Of a stretch of DNA of 59,133 nucleotides, positions 1 through 8,904 are shown piece by piece. This DNA is from a virus (lineage: Duplodnaviria; Caudoviricetes), in the IMG/VR virus record IMGVR_UViG_3300037145_000020, positions 1 through 59,133 of that record, one strand, 5' to 3'. The position numbers were made by a program, and so were the translations under genes. How positions within the stretch are numbered: position 1 is the first letter of the stretch; every line of letters starts with the position of its first letter. The notes under the pieces are model-generated. The model was not told the DNA's origin, made no database searches, and saw nothing but the letters and a program-made list of their open reading frames with translations.

Positions 1-11
1 CTTTAACGATC

Positions 12-45
12 AGGGCCGCTCAGTTTCCCGAGCGGCCCTTTTCTT
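12..45 (+). terminator. Rho-independent terminator-like hairpin
   Basis: AGGGCCGCTC...GAGCGGCCCT inverted repeat followed by TTTCTT. Confidence 0.6.
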
Positions 46-120
46 GCGGCGCCCTTGAGGGGGTAGGGGGCTGGGGTGAGCCGGGCGCCAACGTTGTGAC
101 CATGGCACTAACGCCTGCCC

Positions 121-405
121 TTAGCAATGGTCTGGGATGTTAGTGTTAGTGGATTCTGTGGATGGCTCTCGAATTATCCACACTCGATAGCGCCTACCAG
201 ACTCCGCAACCGACCTAATGCGCACGCCGAGTCTGGCTGTTCTGGCTTCCTCGTTGAAATGCTTGATATGCATTCTGATGGTGGATCCTGGGTAGTTTGG
301 ACCGCCGTCTGCCCTGCTCGCGTAGAGAAGCTCGACTAAGTCTGGCGTCGCGAGGCCCGTCGGGTGCTCGCATAGCGCGTCAAATATTTTCCAGCGTTCT
401 GTCAT
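121..405 (-). CDS. winged-helix DNA-binding protein (putative)
   Basis: KIFDAL...LVELLY...GGP...TIRMHIKHFN...G..Y pattern resembles OmpR-type wHTH phage proteins. Confidence 0.5.
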   Translation of the reverse strand: MTERWKIFDALCEHPTGLATPDLVELLYASRADGGPNYPGSTIRMHIKHFNEEARTARLGVRIRSVAESGRRYRVWIIREPSTESTNTNIPDHC

Positions 406-406
406 T

Positions 407-481
407 TGGTGCCGGTGCTCGGAGTTGAACCGAGTTCTATTGCTTACAAGACAATTGCATCACCGCTAATGCTTCTCCGGC
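407..481 (-). tRNA. tRNA-Thr(UGU)
   Basis: Minus strand GCCGGAG-AA-GCAT..ATGC-A-ATTGT-CT[TGT]AA-GCAAT-AGAA-CTCGG-TTCAACT-CCGAG-CACCGGC-A-CCA; cloverleaf with encoded CCA. Confidence 0.9.
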
Positions 482-483
482 TT

Positions 484-561
484 TGGTGCCTAGGGATGGA
501 CTCGAACCATCTCCCCCGCCTTACCTAAGGCGGTGCATCACCAATCAATGCTTCCACCGGC
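484..561 (-). tRNA. atypical tRNA-Thr(GGU)-like with 8-nt anticodon loop
   Basis: GCCGGTGG-AA-GCAT..ATGC-A-CCGCC-TTAGGTAA-GGCGG-GGGA-GATGG-TTCGAGT-CCATC-CCTAGGC-A-CCA; D arm nearly the same as the neighbouring tRNA-Thr; imperfect acceptor stem. Confidence 0.75.
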
Positions 562-566
562 ATTTT

Positions 567-680
567 GCGTGAGTCGACAGCCTTGAACGGGGGTGAGTCA
601 CTGGACCGAATGCAGGCCGCAGGCTGCCTTTCTGAACACCGAGCCTCACGCTACCCGATGCAGTGTTCCCGCATTCGGTA
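567..680 (-). ncRNA. putative structured RNA upstream of the tRNAs
   Basis: Several complementary pairs: ACCGAATGCGG/CTGCATTCGGT, GAACAC/GTGTTC, GCGTGAG/CTCACGC, GGCAGCCT/AGGCTGTC. Confidence 0.4.
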
Positions 681-684
681 ACGG

Positions 685-719
685 AAAAGGGCCGCCTGGG
701 AGGTCCATCCAAGCGGCCC
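685..719 (-). terminator. terminator-like hairpin
   Basis: GGGCCGC...GCGGCCC followed by TTTT on the minus strand. Confidence 0.5.
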
Positions 720-1136
720 AACTCTACGCAACGCCACGCGTCTGCTGCGTGGTGCGAGGTAGGGGGGATTCGTGGCGATCTCATGGCTTATCGGCGCTCA
801 TTTACTTCAGCCAAGATACGCTGGATTTCTGCAACATAATCAATGCTATCTGGTGTGGCGGCACCGAGGTGCGTACCTCTTGGGGTGCCTTCAAGTTCAC
901 GGAGCTTATCGCGCATGTCGGCGCGCGCCATTTTCTGCATGAGTTTTCGACCGGCCCAATTGCTCATCCGATCTCGATCTCCTCCGTTCGGAACAGGGCG
1001 GGCAGGCGGTCGGCGATTTGCTTCGCTTCCACAATTGCCTCTTTCATCATCCGATATCCGTTGTAGTCGGATGATCGGCGTCGCTTATTGCCGTAAAGAA
1101 CTTCGGCGATGCGCTCCTCGAAATCGGCTCGGTCGA

Positions 1137-1796
1137 TCATCGGTGGCTCGGAGCGAAATCAGATTCTAAGGCGCATGACAGTCTGACGCGCGCCAGTGGT
1201 CTAACCATCGAGATAAGCGCATCACGAAATTCGATCGGTGTCGCGTTCCTGACTTTGGTTTTGTCTTTGCCGCCGATCATTGCCATCATGCCTATGCGGC
1301 GCGCCTTTGCATATCCGTGTTTTTCGAGCGCTACCGGATGTAGTCGTTGTGGCCCGCGCCCCCAGCGAAGCGGCGGCGGATTGAAGCCGGAGGCGTAAAG
1401 CCAAGTCGGCTTGCGACTCAGGTGGCCGTACCAGCCCTGCTCGACATAACAGGTCCAGCCATCATCGCATCGAATCCAGCCGCCGCCACGAGGAGGTTTT
1501 GGCAGGCCAAATGCCCCCCATGCGCGGCTGTCGGCCGGATGTTCCAAGATGCCACCAAAAACCATGACAGAGCGAAGCGCGGCCTCAAAACATCCGCCGT
1601 CGTCACCGAGTTCGAATTGATGAGGTTTTCGTGTCGATCCATGCCAGAACCGTCCCCATCGCTCACAAGGCGGATGAGCGATAACCGGCCACGGACCGTC
1701 ATATCGCCGAGCGTCGCGGCTTTCGTCCCACGGTTCAATGCCCGGCAGGCCGTAATAGCAGCCGCCTTTCTCGACGAAGAGGGCTGCTATTCTCAT
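1137..1796 (-). CDS. C5 cytosine methyltransferase-like phage protein
   Basis: VIAHPPC (motif IV-like), ILEHP (motif VI-like), RKPTWL; no clear FxGxG. Confidence 0.55.
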   Translation of the reverse strand: MRIAALFVEKGGCYYGLPGIEPWDESRDARRYDGPWPVIAHPPCERWGRFWHGSTRKPHQFELGDDGGCFEAALRSVMVFGGILEHPADSRAWGAFGLPKPPRGGGWIRCDDGWTCYVEQGWYGHLSRKPTWLYASGFNPPPLRWGRGPQRLHPVALEKHGYAKARRIGMMAMIGGKDKTKVRNATPIEFRDALISMVRPLARVRLSCALESDFAPSHR

Positions 1797-2419
1797 CCCG
1801 CCGCCGCCTTGACCAAGTCGAGTTCCTCGCTCGTGTCGATCTTGTAATTCTTCGTGATCTTGATCGCCATCTCTCTGGCGGCGATGGCTTCCTCCAACGT
1901 TTGAATCTGCGCTTCGATGCCTCGGAGGCGCTTCTCGAACATGCGTTCGATCGGCTTGGCTTGGTCTTTCCCGCTGATCCTCTTCGATAAATCCTCAATG
2001 TAAATCTTGACGGCTTTCCCGCGCTCGATTCCGACCGTGGTATCACGTATTTCGGCCTGCAGTTTGATCCGGAGTTCGCCCAGGAGATCGCGGCGCCGCG
2101 GGTCAACGATGTATTGCTGGCCCTGATTGTTCACGTAGGCATCGATCTGTGCGGCGAGGAACGCTTCGATGATCTGCAGCGCATTGGTGCGGACGTTGTC
2201 GGGCTTTTCGTCGGCGAATCCGGTTTCGTCATATTGCCTGCGCTTTGCCGAGTCCGTCAGGATGGCGACGGCGCGGCTCGCCCGCATCATCTTCTCCGCA
2301 CTGCCGTTCTGCTTGTCGGGATGCACTTGCTTGGCTCGCTTCTTGTAGGCCGACTTGATTTCGTCCGTGGTCGCGCCTCTTGGCACGTCGAGTTCGGCGT
2401 AGGGGTCGAGGTCATCCAT
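1793..2419 (-). CDS. J-domain (DnaJ-like) protein
   Basis: N-terminal DPYAEL..IKSAYKKRAKQVHPDK..RRQYD, HPD motif; coiled-coil C-terminus. Confidence 0.85.
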   Translation of the reverse strand: MDDLDPYAELDVPRGATTDEIKSAYKKRAKQVHPDKQNGSAEKMMRASRAVAILTDSAKRRQYDETGFADEKPDNVRTNALQIIEAFLAAQIDAYVNNQGQQYIVDPRRRDLLGELRIKLQAEIRDTTVGIERGKAVKIYIEDLSKRISGKDQAKPIERMFEKRLRGIEAQIQTLEEAIAAREMAIKITKNYKIDTSEELDLVKAAAG

Positions 2420-2427
2420 TGAGGTGC

Positions 2428-2793
2428 CTAAAGTGCCGGGACGTGATGATCCTCTCGCTCGGATTGCCGGTCCAAGCGCTCAATCTCGGCAATGAGAAGC
2501 GCAGCAGCGACAATCAAATCTCGGCGGGGATTTTTCGGCTTCCAGTGTCGGGTGTCCCACGGCCATTCGTTGTTGGCGCCGGCCGCACGATAGAAGCCAA
2601 TTTGCGTCTCGGTATTTGCGTAGGCTTCGCCTGTGGCGGCCTGAAGCGCGTAGCATGCGCCAGCGCGCGCAAGTTCTCCACCATCGTGCTTGTCGTCGTG
2701 TTCTTCCGTCCAGCCCTCCGTGTCGACTTGGCGTCGGCGCTCGGCAATAATCTCGGCTGTCACATTCGCCGTCTTTTCGTTATTCCACGGCAT
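2428..2793 (-). CDS. conserved phage hypothetical protein
   Basis: ERRRQ..EGW..EHDD.H..GELA.A..CYA..WPW..WKP..RRDL..AAALL.AEIERLDR, a common phage family; GGAGG RBS. Confidence 0.8.
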   Translation of the reverse strand: MPWNNEKTANVTAEIIAERRRQVDTEGWTEEHDDKHDGGELARAGACYALQAATGEAYANTETQIGFYRAAGANNEWPWDTRHWKPKNPRRDLIVAAALLIAEIERLDRQSEREDHHVPAL

Positions 2794-3337
2794 TTGGTTC
2801 CTCCTGTGGTTTTCTCGCTGTCCTGGCTGCACGCATCGCCGTGGGCACGTCCATGGGCTTGCTCGGAATCTCCGTCCACTGGCCGTTTTCAGCCATCGGC
2901 GGTGCCACCAGCACGATGCTCTCGGTCGAATTGTAGCGGATCACCGCGACCGCACCATGCTCGGTGGCGATCTTGAGCAGGAATTCCCGGAGCGCCGGGT
3001 CACGATGGGCATGGGGATAGGCTGGGTCGACCCACACCTGGACGGCCTGCACCTTTTGCCCGTTTACCGGGTCGTCTCCGAGGACAATGAAATCCGGCAT
3101 GATGTCGACCACGTAATGGGATCGATCGGGCCGAGAGAGCTTCGCTGTATCCGGGTCGCCGAGCCACGCGCAATTCCAAACGCGGCAGCTGTTCGGGTAG
3201 AAGAACCGCTTTTCGTGAATCTTACACCCGACGCCGTACTTCTGGTGCTGGCAACGCTCGCCCGTTTTCTTCCCGATTTCCTTCACCGGGAGCAAGGAGC
3301 AGCAGGCCTGACAGGCTCCGCATTCGCGCTTCATCAT
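2780..3337 (-). CDS. YkgJ-like cysteine-cluster (Zn/Fe-chelating) protein
   Basis: CGACQACC..C.H....GC.IH...P.SC..W.C.WL. Confidence 0.65.
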   Translation of the reverse strand: MMKRECGACQACCSLLPVKEIGKKTGERCQHQKYGVGCKIHEKRFFYPNSCRVWNCAWLGDPDTAKLSRPDRSHYVVDIMPDFIVLGDDPVNGQKVQAVQVWVDPAYPHAHRDPALREFLLKIATEHGAVAVIRYNSTESIVLVAPPMAENGQWTEIPSKPMDVPTAMRAARTARKPQEEPNAVE

Positions 3338-3543
3338 CCGCCCTGTGCGATGGCCACGACAATGTTTTCGAGGGCGGTGCATAACTGGTCGCGCGTCCAT
3401 TCTGCGTCGGCTTTGGTTTCGCAGGCAAACGACGTGACGCAGAAGCTTTGCGACCCGACCTTGAGAAATACATTGTGCGCGTCGGGCTCGCCTTCCACGA
3501 CGCACGGTTTGATTTCGGTGAACTGTTCCATTCGGTGTGTCAT
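3334..3543 (-). CDS. hypothetical protein
   Basis: Coupled to the downstream gene by ATGA overlap; AGGA RBS. Confidence 0.6.
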   Translation of the reverse strand: MTHRMEQFTEIKPCVVEGEPDAHNVFLKVGSQSFCVTSFACETKADAEWTRDQLCTALENIVVAIAQGG

Positions 3544-3639
3544 GTGGGTCCTTATGGAGATTATTTTCCCTGCGCGCTAGACTTGATTTGTTAACGTTAG
3601 TTGGATTACGGGGAAAAGTGCTGCTGCAGAGGTGTTGTC

Positions 3640-3939
3640 ATGATGTCAGTGCGTACGCGTGATCTGCTAATTGCCCATATGGACGGCCCCGTCGAAATCC
3701 CCTTCGGCCGAGAGCATAGCATGATGCGGGCCATCGTCTCCCGCGCCATCGTCAAAGGGTGGATTGAGCCTGTTCGGTATCGGCCCAAATTCACGCAATT
3801 GACCGAGGCCGGTCGCAACGAATTGGCAAAGGTGCTCGCCAATTGGGCCGAGGCAATCCAAGCCGCTCAATCGCTGGCCGAGGTTCGCGCCGAGCGGGCC
3901 GAACCGGCTTCGGCGGGTCCAACCGGCATTAATTGTTAG
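3640..3939 (+). CDS. hypothetical protein (wHTH-like)
   Basis: GAGGT RBS; KGWIE...LTEAGR winged-helix wing-like motif. Confidence 0.55.
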   Translation: MMSVRTRDLLIAHMDGPVEIPFGREHSMMRAIVSRAIVKGWIEPVRYRPKFTQLTEAGRNELAKVLANWAEAIQAAQSLAEVRAERAEPASAGPTGINC

Positions 3940-4038
3940 TCTCGCGACTGGCCATCAGATTTCATTTGCAAGTTCGACAGAACCACGCTTTTGTCTGTGG
4001 GCGCCGGGACGGTTACTTCCCGCCGATAGGAGCTTCAA

Positions 4039-4437
4039 ATGACCCAACCTCGTTTCAGTGTTGTGACCGCCGAGCTTCCTCGCACAATGCGGGACCTCGG
4101 ATTCGTTGCCTATGTGCGCGACGCCAGGCATCCAGACGGCGGGGCGCTTTCCATGTCTTGGCATCAGAGCGTCCCAGATGCCGAGCGCGTTGCTTACGCG
4201 ATGAACCTCTATCCCAACATGCGGGTTGAGGCGGGAATGTACATGGCTTACACCAGCGCGAAAAAGGCTCACTTGCTGGAAATAGACCAGCACAATAGCT
4301 GCCTGCAAATCACACTGAGCCGCAATAGCGACGGCGAGACAATCGTGGGTGAATTCGACCTGCGAGACGCTGAGGAAATCGCCGCCGATGTCGCGGCGAT
4401 CTGCCGAGACATTCGTCATCGATGGGGCGAGAAATGA
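4039..4437 (+). CDS. hypothetical protein
   Basis: AGGAG RBS, 132 aa ORF. Confidence 0.6.
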   Translation: MTQPRFSVVTAELPRTMRDLGFVAYVRDARHPDGGALSMSWHQSVPDAERVAYAMNLYPNMRVEAGMYMAYTSAKKAHLLEIDQHNSCLQITLSRNSDGETIVGEFDLRDAEEIAADVAAICRDIRHRWGEK

Positions 4438-4600
4438 TCGTCATCGGCTCAACCAAATCCATCCTCGCCGGCATGTTCCGCCAGAACGATGCCCATGTGG
4501 TCGCCTTCTGGCGCTGGCGCTTCCTTTACCAGCATGGGATTTGCGACCGCTCTGGTGTGATCCTTGTGGGTCGCCGGGCCGGACAGAGAGTGAGGACGCC

Positions 4601-4771
4601 ATGAACCTCACCGAGATCGTCCGCACCCGCTTCGAGATCGTGGACCCGGAGTTCTTCTCCATCCCTCTCAAAAAACTGGCCATTGAGAGCAATCCAAATA
4701 CCAATCGCGTTTACTTCCTCAGAGGCGACCGCATCGTTGCTGTGGGGCTCATGAAGGACAAGGACCGATGA
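4601..4771 (+). CDS. hypothetical protein
   Basis: GAGG RBS, ATGA coupling on both sides. Confidence 0.5.
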   Translation: MNLTEIVRTRFEIVDPEFFSIPLKKLAIESNPNTNRVYFLRGDRIVAVGLMKDKDR

Positions 4772-5598
4772 GCAAACCGACTTCATTGGTTGACCTATAC
4801 GAGGAAGAACCGACTCCTGCGGAACCGAGCATCCTCGATTTATGGGCACATGATGGGCCATCTCCGCCTGCACCTCCGCCCCCCTCTAGAAAAGAGCGCG
4901 CTCTCGCGTTCTACCGCGAAGGATACAAGCCGGCCGATATCGCGGCTCTTGTGGGGTGCTCAGAGGCAACAGTGCGGAGTTGGGCAATAACTGCTGGAAT
5001 CTGGAAGCCTTGGCGGTCGGCGCGTAACCCGGCCAATAAGCCTCCTGAAATTCTAATGCGGGATTCTGAGATAGTGCGTCGCTACTTGGCTGGCGAGAAT
5101 TCCCAAGCCCTTGCGGATGCCTTCAGCGTCTCGCGTGAGCGCATCTGTCAAATCCTCCGCCGGGACAACATCATTGAGCACCGCAATCAACGGAAGGCGG
5201 AGGCACGCGCGGCGCTCATAGCTGAAGCCGACGCAATCAAAGCCGAGGCCCGGCAGGAGACGGAGGCAAAGGCCGCTCGGGTTGTTGAGGCAGTGCGCTC
5301 CGGGATGAGTCTTGCGCGCGCCGGGCGTCTTGTCGGTTGGACGCCGGGTCTCGTGGCGCACGCTTGTGCGAAGGCGGGCGTCGCTATGCGGTTGCATGGA
5401 CGCTGGAAACGAGATGACTATCCTGCGCGTTTTGCCCGTATCCGCGAATTGCGCGCCGCTGGGGCGGCATTGTATGCCATTTGCCACACGCTAAAAGCAG
5501 AAGGAAATAGCTGCAGTCTCACTTGGATTTACAATCACTGGCAGGAAATCTGGCCCGGAACACTTCCGCCTCGCGACAAAAATGGAGCAAAGTGGTGA
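4768..5598 (+). CDS. multi-HTH DNA-binding protein
   Basis: Repeated HTH motifs: GYKPADIAALVGCSEATVRSW, GENSQALADAFSVSRERICQIL, GMSLARAGRLVG. Confidence 0.7.
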   Translation: MSKPTSLVDLYEEEPTPAEPSILDLWAHDGPSPPAPPPPSRKERALAFYREGYKPADIAALVGCSEATVRSWAITAGIWKPWRSARNPANKPPEILMRDSEIVRRYLAGENSQALADAFSVSRERICQILRRDNIIEHRNQRKAEARAALIAEADAIKAEARQETEAKAARVVEAVRSGMSLARAGRLVGWTPGLVAHACAKAGVAMRLHGRWKRDDYPARFARIRELRAAGAALYAICHTLKAEGNSCSLTWIYNHWQEIWPGTLPPRDKNGAKW

Positions 5599-6068
5599 AC
5601 GCCGCCGGCCCCCGCGAGAAGGCGCTCCGCGACATGCGCGAGACCGCTCCGAAACCAAAACCGCGCGCCCGCGCGGCTCAACCGGCCGCCAAGGCGGTCA
5701 CGAAGGAGAGTGTTATGTCTGCTGCTGTCGAAACCGTTGACGTCGCGACGTCAAAGCCGCCGAAGCCCAAGAAGACCGCCAAGCCCAAACTGCCGAAGGT
5801 CGAGAAGGTGCTGGCGAAGAAGGCCCCCAAAAAGGCCAGTGCCAAGAAACCGGCCGCTGATGCGCCCGTTGCGGAATCGAAGGTTAGGCGCGGTTCGAAG
5901 CTCGCGCTCGTCATTTGGCTTCTGACGCGCGGCGAGGGCTGCACCATGGCCGATATAACCTCGGCCACTGGCTGGAAGACCATGAGTTTTCCACAACAGG
6001 CTAAGGCCGCTGGCCTCACTCTCCGCAAGGAGAAGGATGGCTCTGTCTCCCGGTACTTCGCATCGTAA
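5595..6068 (+). CDS. DUF3489-like protein with Lys/Ala/Pro-rich N-terminus
   Basis: RGSKLALVI.LL.R.EG.T.ADI..ATGW...Y C-terminal domain. Confidence 0.7.
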   Translation: MNAAGPREKALRDMRETAPKPKPRARAAQPAAKAVTKESVMSAAVETVDVATSKPPKPKKTAKPKLPKVEKVLAKKAPKKASAKKPAADAPVAESKVRRGSKLALVIWLLTRGEGCTMADITSATGWKTMSFPQQAKAAGLTLRKEKDGSVSRYFAS

Positions 6069-6163
6069 TCGGTCGTGGGCAACCGCAGAGGCGCCTTAAC
6101 CGGGTCCATGGGCTTCATAAGCGCTGCAGTGGGTGAAAGCCCCGCACAATTCGGAGGAAAGCT

Positions 6164-6349
6164 GTGGGTCATAGAGACGCTTACGTGAATGGACTCCGGG
6201 CTGCCGAGGCTGAAGGTTTCGCGCAAGGTAAAGCGGGGCTTTCGCAGGATGCGTGCCGATTCAATCGCCACGAGCATCGGTGCGCTTGGTATGACGGATG
6301 GATGCGTGGCCGAAAGTCGGCGGGTCCAAAGGACTCGGATCAAGATTAA
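6164..6349 (+). CDS. ribosome modulation factor (Rmf)-like small protein
   Basis: EGFAQGKAGLSQDACRF...RCAWYDGWMRG resembles Rmf G..AG..G.S...CPY...R..W..GW; GGAGG RBS. Confidence 0.55.
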   Translation: MGHRDAYVNGLRAAEAEGFAQGKAGLSQDACRFNRHEHRCAWYDGWMRGRKSAGPKDSDQD

Positions 6350-6446
6350 TATTATCGGCCAAAAACACGACTTGCATCACCACAGAAAGAGAGCGTTACT
6401 GGCTGCGCGCCGGGACGCTCCCGCCTCCCGCCGAAAGGAGACGAAA

Positions 6447-6692
6447 ATGGCCGATCCAATCGCCGCCCTCGCCGACAAACTGATGCGCGCCGTCGTCAAT
6501 TCTGGCGCCATCCGCTCCGCCGATCAGGATGCCGATCTCGCGGTCCGCGTCATGCGGGAAGAACTGAAATCCTTCATCGCTGGCGACAAATACGCCGAGG
6601 AGCGGGCGCTCGTTTCGACTAATAGCGCTCTCGCGTTCGGTTCTCTCACCGCGGAATGTATCCGTCGGATCGCGGTGGAGCGGGGGGTATAA
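6447..6692 (+). CDS. hypothetical protein
   Basis: AAGGAG RBS upstream of ATG. Confidence 0.6.
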   Translation: MADPIAALADKLMRAVVNSGAIRSADQDADLAVRVMREELKSFIAGDKYAEERALVSTNSALAFGSLTAECIRRIAVERGV

Positions 6693-6751
6693 CTGGCTGG
6701 CATCCGCACAGCCACGTCACATGCACTGCATATTGGCCGTGGTGCGTCCCA

Positions 6752-7177
6752 TCAAGCGTCCCGAGCGGCAGCCACCCGAGCCGCAGATACCCGTCCACCT
6801 GTGCGAGCGGCGCGTACCGGTGCAGGCTTTCTCTTTCGGTGAACTTCTTCGAGGGTTTCACCTGTCGCCTCCAGTGTTGCGTCTTGGCCGACGAGCTTTT
6901 GCCAGCGCCCGATGATGACTTCGGCATAGGTGGGATCGATCTCGAGGCCGTATGCTCGGCGTCCAGTGAGTTCCGCTCCGATCAAAAGAGTCCCCGACCC
7001 CATGAAGCCATCCGCAACGATCTCTCCTGGCTTGCTTGAGTTCTCGATCGCGCGGCGGGCGAGCTCCACTGGCTTCTGCGTCGGGTGCTCGTATCCTGAT
7101 AGCCATGAAATCACCTCCGCATCGTAAACATCCCCGCTCACGCTGCAGTATCGGACGTTATCGGCCGTCTTTGGCAT
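6752..7177 (-). pseudogene. truncated N4/N6 DNA methyltransferase (C-terminal SAM-binding part only)
   Basis: HPTQKPV..DGFMGSGTLL..GLEIDP; no DPPY catalytic motif. Confidence 0.6.
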
Positions 7178-7424
7178 CGAACCACTCCTCAGTCATAAGA
7201 TCGGCCTCGTCTAACTCGCTTAGGATTTTCACAGCCAACGCGAGATCGGTGATCTTGTCGTCGGAAAAGCGGCGCATAGCAAAACTCTCGGCGCTTTCGT
7301 TAGTGCCCCACCACTCCTCCCTCAAAATTCGCGCCATTTCGGCGGCTCGAACGCTCATGATTTTGGTCCGAGGATTTCCTTGATGACGCGCTCTGGCGGT
7401 GGTCCGAAGGCGGCTTCCAGCCAC
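7158..7424 (-). CDS. hypothetical protein
   Basis: ORF in operon order; start uncertain. Confidence 0.4.
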   Translation of the reverse strand: MAGSRLRTTARARHQGNPRTKIMSVRAAEMARILREEWWGTNESAESFAMRRFSDDKITDLALAVKILSELDEADLMTEEWFDAKDGR

Positions 7425-7524
7425 TCTTTTGCCCTATCAATTTCGGCAAAGGCAGCGAGGAGAACGGAGGTTTCTGGCATCGGTCGATCGCGCCGCGAGT
7501 GCCGGTGGGGGAAGCCGGGCTCGT

Positions 7525-8424
7525 TTAGGATGCTGCCGTCTCGGATTGTTCGCATGCCATGTCTCCCGGGAACTGCCGGACTCGAAGATAGTGCGGCCAT
7601 TCGGCCGGATCGCCACCCTTTTTGCTGGCAAGATTGAATTCTGTCGCCGAGCCTAATTGCTTCATGAAACAGGCCACGTTTGCGGCCTTGCATTGATCGA
7701 CGAGAGAGCGCGCCCAAGCTAACTCCATGGGTCGCGCATGTGGTCCGCTCTCGCCACCAATAATTGACCAGTGGAACGCGCCGGACTCCAGCGCTCCCTT
7801 AGTGTCGATTGGCCCGATCAATGGCTCAAATGAGAAGAACCTCACGGCTGCCGGCGTGCTACCTAACCATGTGTGTCGCTCGTCAAACTCCTGCTGGCGC
7901 TCGCAGGACGTCCCCAACCACACGTTAGGATACTCGTAACCTTTCCATGGGACTCGGCCGTCGTGGTCGCCGCAGTAATTGCAGCCCATGCCGTCGCAAA
8001 GTTGGTGCCGAAAGCGTCGGCCAGGCTCGGTGAGGAAGCGCAGCATGCGCTCCGGGCGCTTGGTCAAAATCTGATAGGTGTGCTGCGGCGTCTGGCCCAT
8101 CACGTTGAAGACCATCTCGATCCAGGCGTCAGGAGCATCTTCATGGAAGAGATCGCCCATCGAATTGACGAAAAACATCCGCGGTTTTGTACGCCGGATC
8201 GGCTCGGCCAATGTCTTGTCAGATGCTAGCGCGAGCTTGCCAGTCCATACCGCGTTGCCATTCACCTTTTTGGTGGTGCCGTCGTAATGCCGCACTATGC
8301 CCATCGCTTCGATCCGCGCCGCCATGCGCATCGCGTAGCAGTTAGTGCAGCCAGGCGAAACGATGCTGCATCCGACGATGGGATTCCACGTGTCCTCGGT
8401 CCACTCAATCACTGATTTGCTCAT
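7525..8424 (-). CDS. phage Gp37/Gp68 (DUF5131) family protein
   Basis: IEWT..TWNP..GC..VSPGC.NCYA; FVNSMGDLFH; QILTKRP; NVWLG; SFEPL; IIGGESG. Confidence 0.92.
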   Translation of the reverse strand: MSKSVIEWTEDTWNPIVGCSIVSPGCTNCYAMRMAARIEAMGIVRHYDGTTKKVNGNAVWTGKLALASDKTLAEPIRRTKPRMFFVNSMGDLFHEDAPDAWIEMVFNVMGQTPQHTYQILTKRPERMLRFLTEPGRRFRHQLCDGMGCNYCGDHDGRVPWKGYEYPNVWLGTSCERQQEFDERHTWLGSTPAAVRFFSFEPLIGPIDTKGALESGAFHWSIIGGESGPHARPMELAWARSLVDQCKAANVACFMKQLGSATEFNLASKKGGDPAEWPHYLRVRQFPGDMACEQSETAAS

Positions 8425-8445
8425 GGCGGCGTCCAATCCTTCCGT

Positions 8446-8904
8446 TCATCCTAGTCCGAGGCGTCCGCCGCCTCTAATTCTGAGGTAAACCGTGTAGGAT
8501 ATCCAGATCCCGTTGATCTCTCGGCTCGGTGATTTTCCCCGTTTCCACTCGCGCGGGTCGACGCCTTTGCCGCGAATGTATTCCTCGATCGCGGAGTAGA
8601 TCGGCTGGTCTGAGGCGAAAAAGGTGTTGGCAAAGCATCCGGACTCTTTCGATACTGGAATGTAGGTGTGGGCGCGGGGTTTCACCCACGGTTTCGACAT
8701 GGCCGCGATGCGCCTCATCTCCACTTCGCAAGCATCGCTCATTTCCTTCACCGAGGGCGGAAAATCGCACCTTGATTGGATTCCTGTCCGTGGGTCCGTC
8801 ACATACTCGACTATGCTGCGCGGATACCCCGAAAGCACGAGGCCGATGGCGGCTGCGTATTGCTCAGGATTCGCGGCGTCCTCCCTTCGGTAGCAGGAGA
8901 ACAT
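8446..8904 (-). CDS. putative replication accessory protein (helicase-loader-like position)
   Basis: Overlaps the 3' end of the initiator gene; DPRTG....FPPS..E motif; start uncertain. Confidence 0.5.
   Translation of the reverse strand: MFSCYRREDAANPEQYAAAIGLVLSGYPRSIVEYVTDPRTGIQSRCDFPPSVKEMSDACEVEMRRIAAMSKPWVKPRAHTYIPVSKESGCFANTFFASDQPIYSAIEEYIRGKGVDPREWKRGKSPSREINGIWISYTVYLRIRGGGRLGLG

Noticed and set aside
2690-3580. 296-aa plus-strand ORF
   Set aside because: Antisense shadow of three well-supported minus-strand genes in GC-rich DNA.
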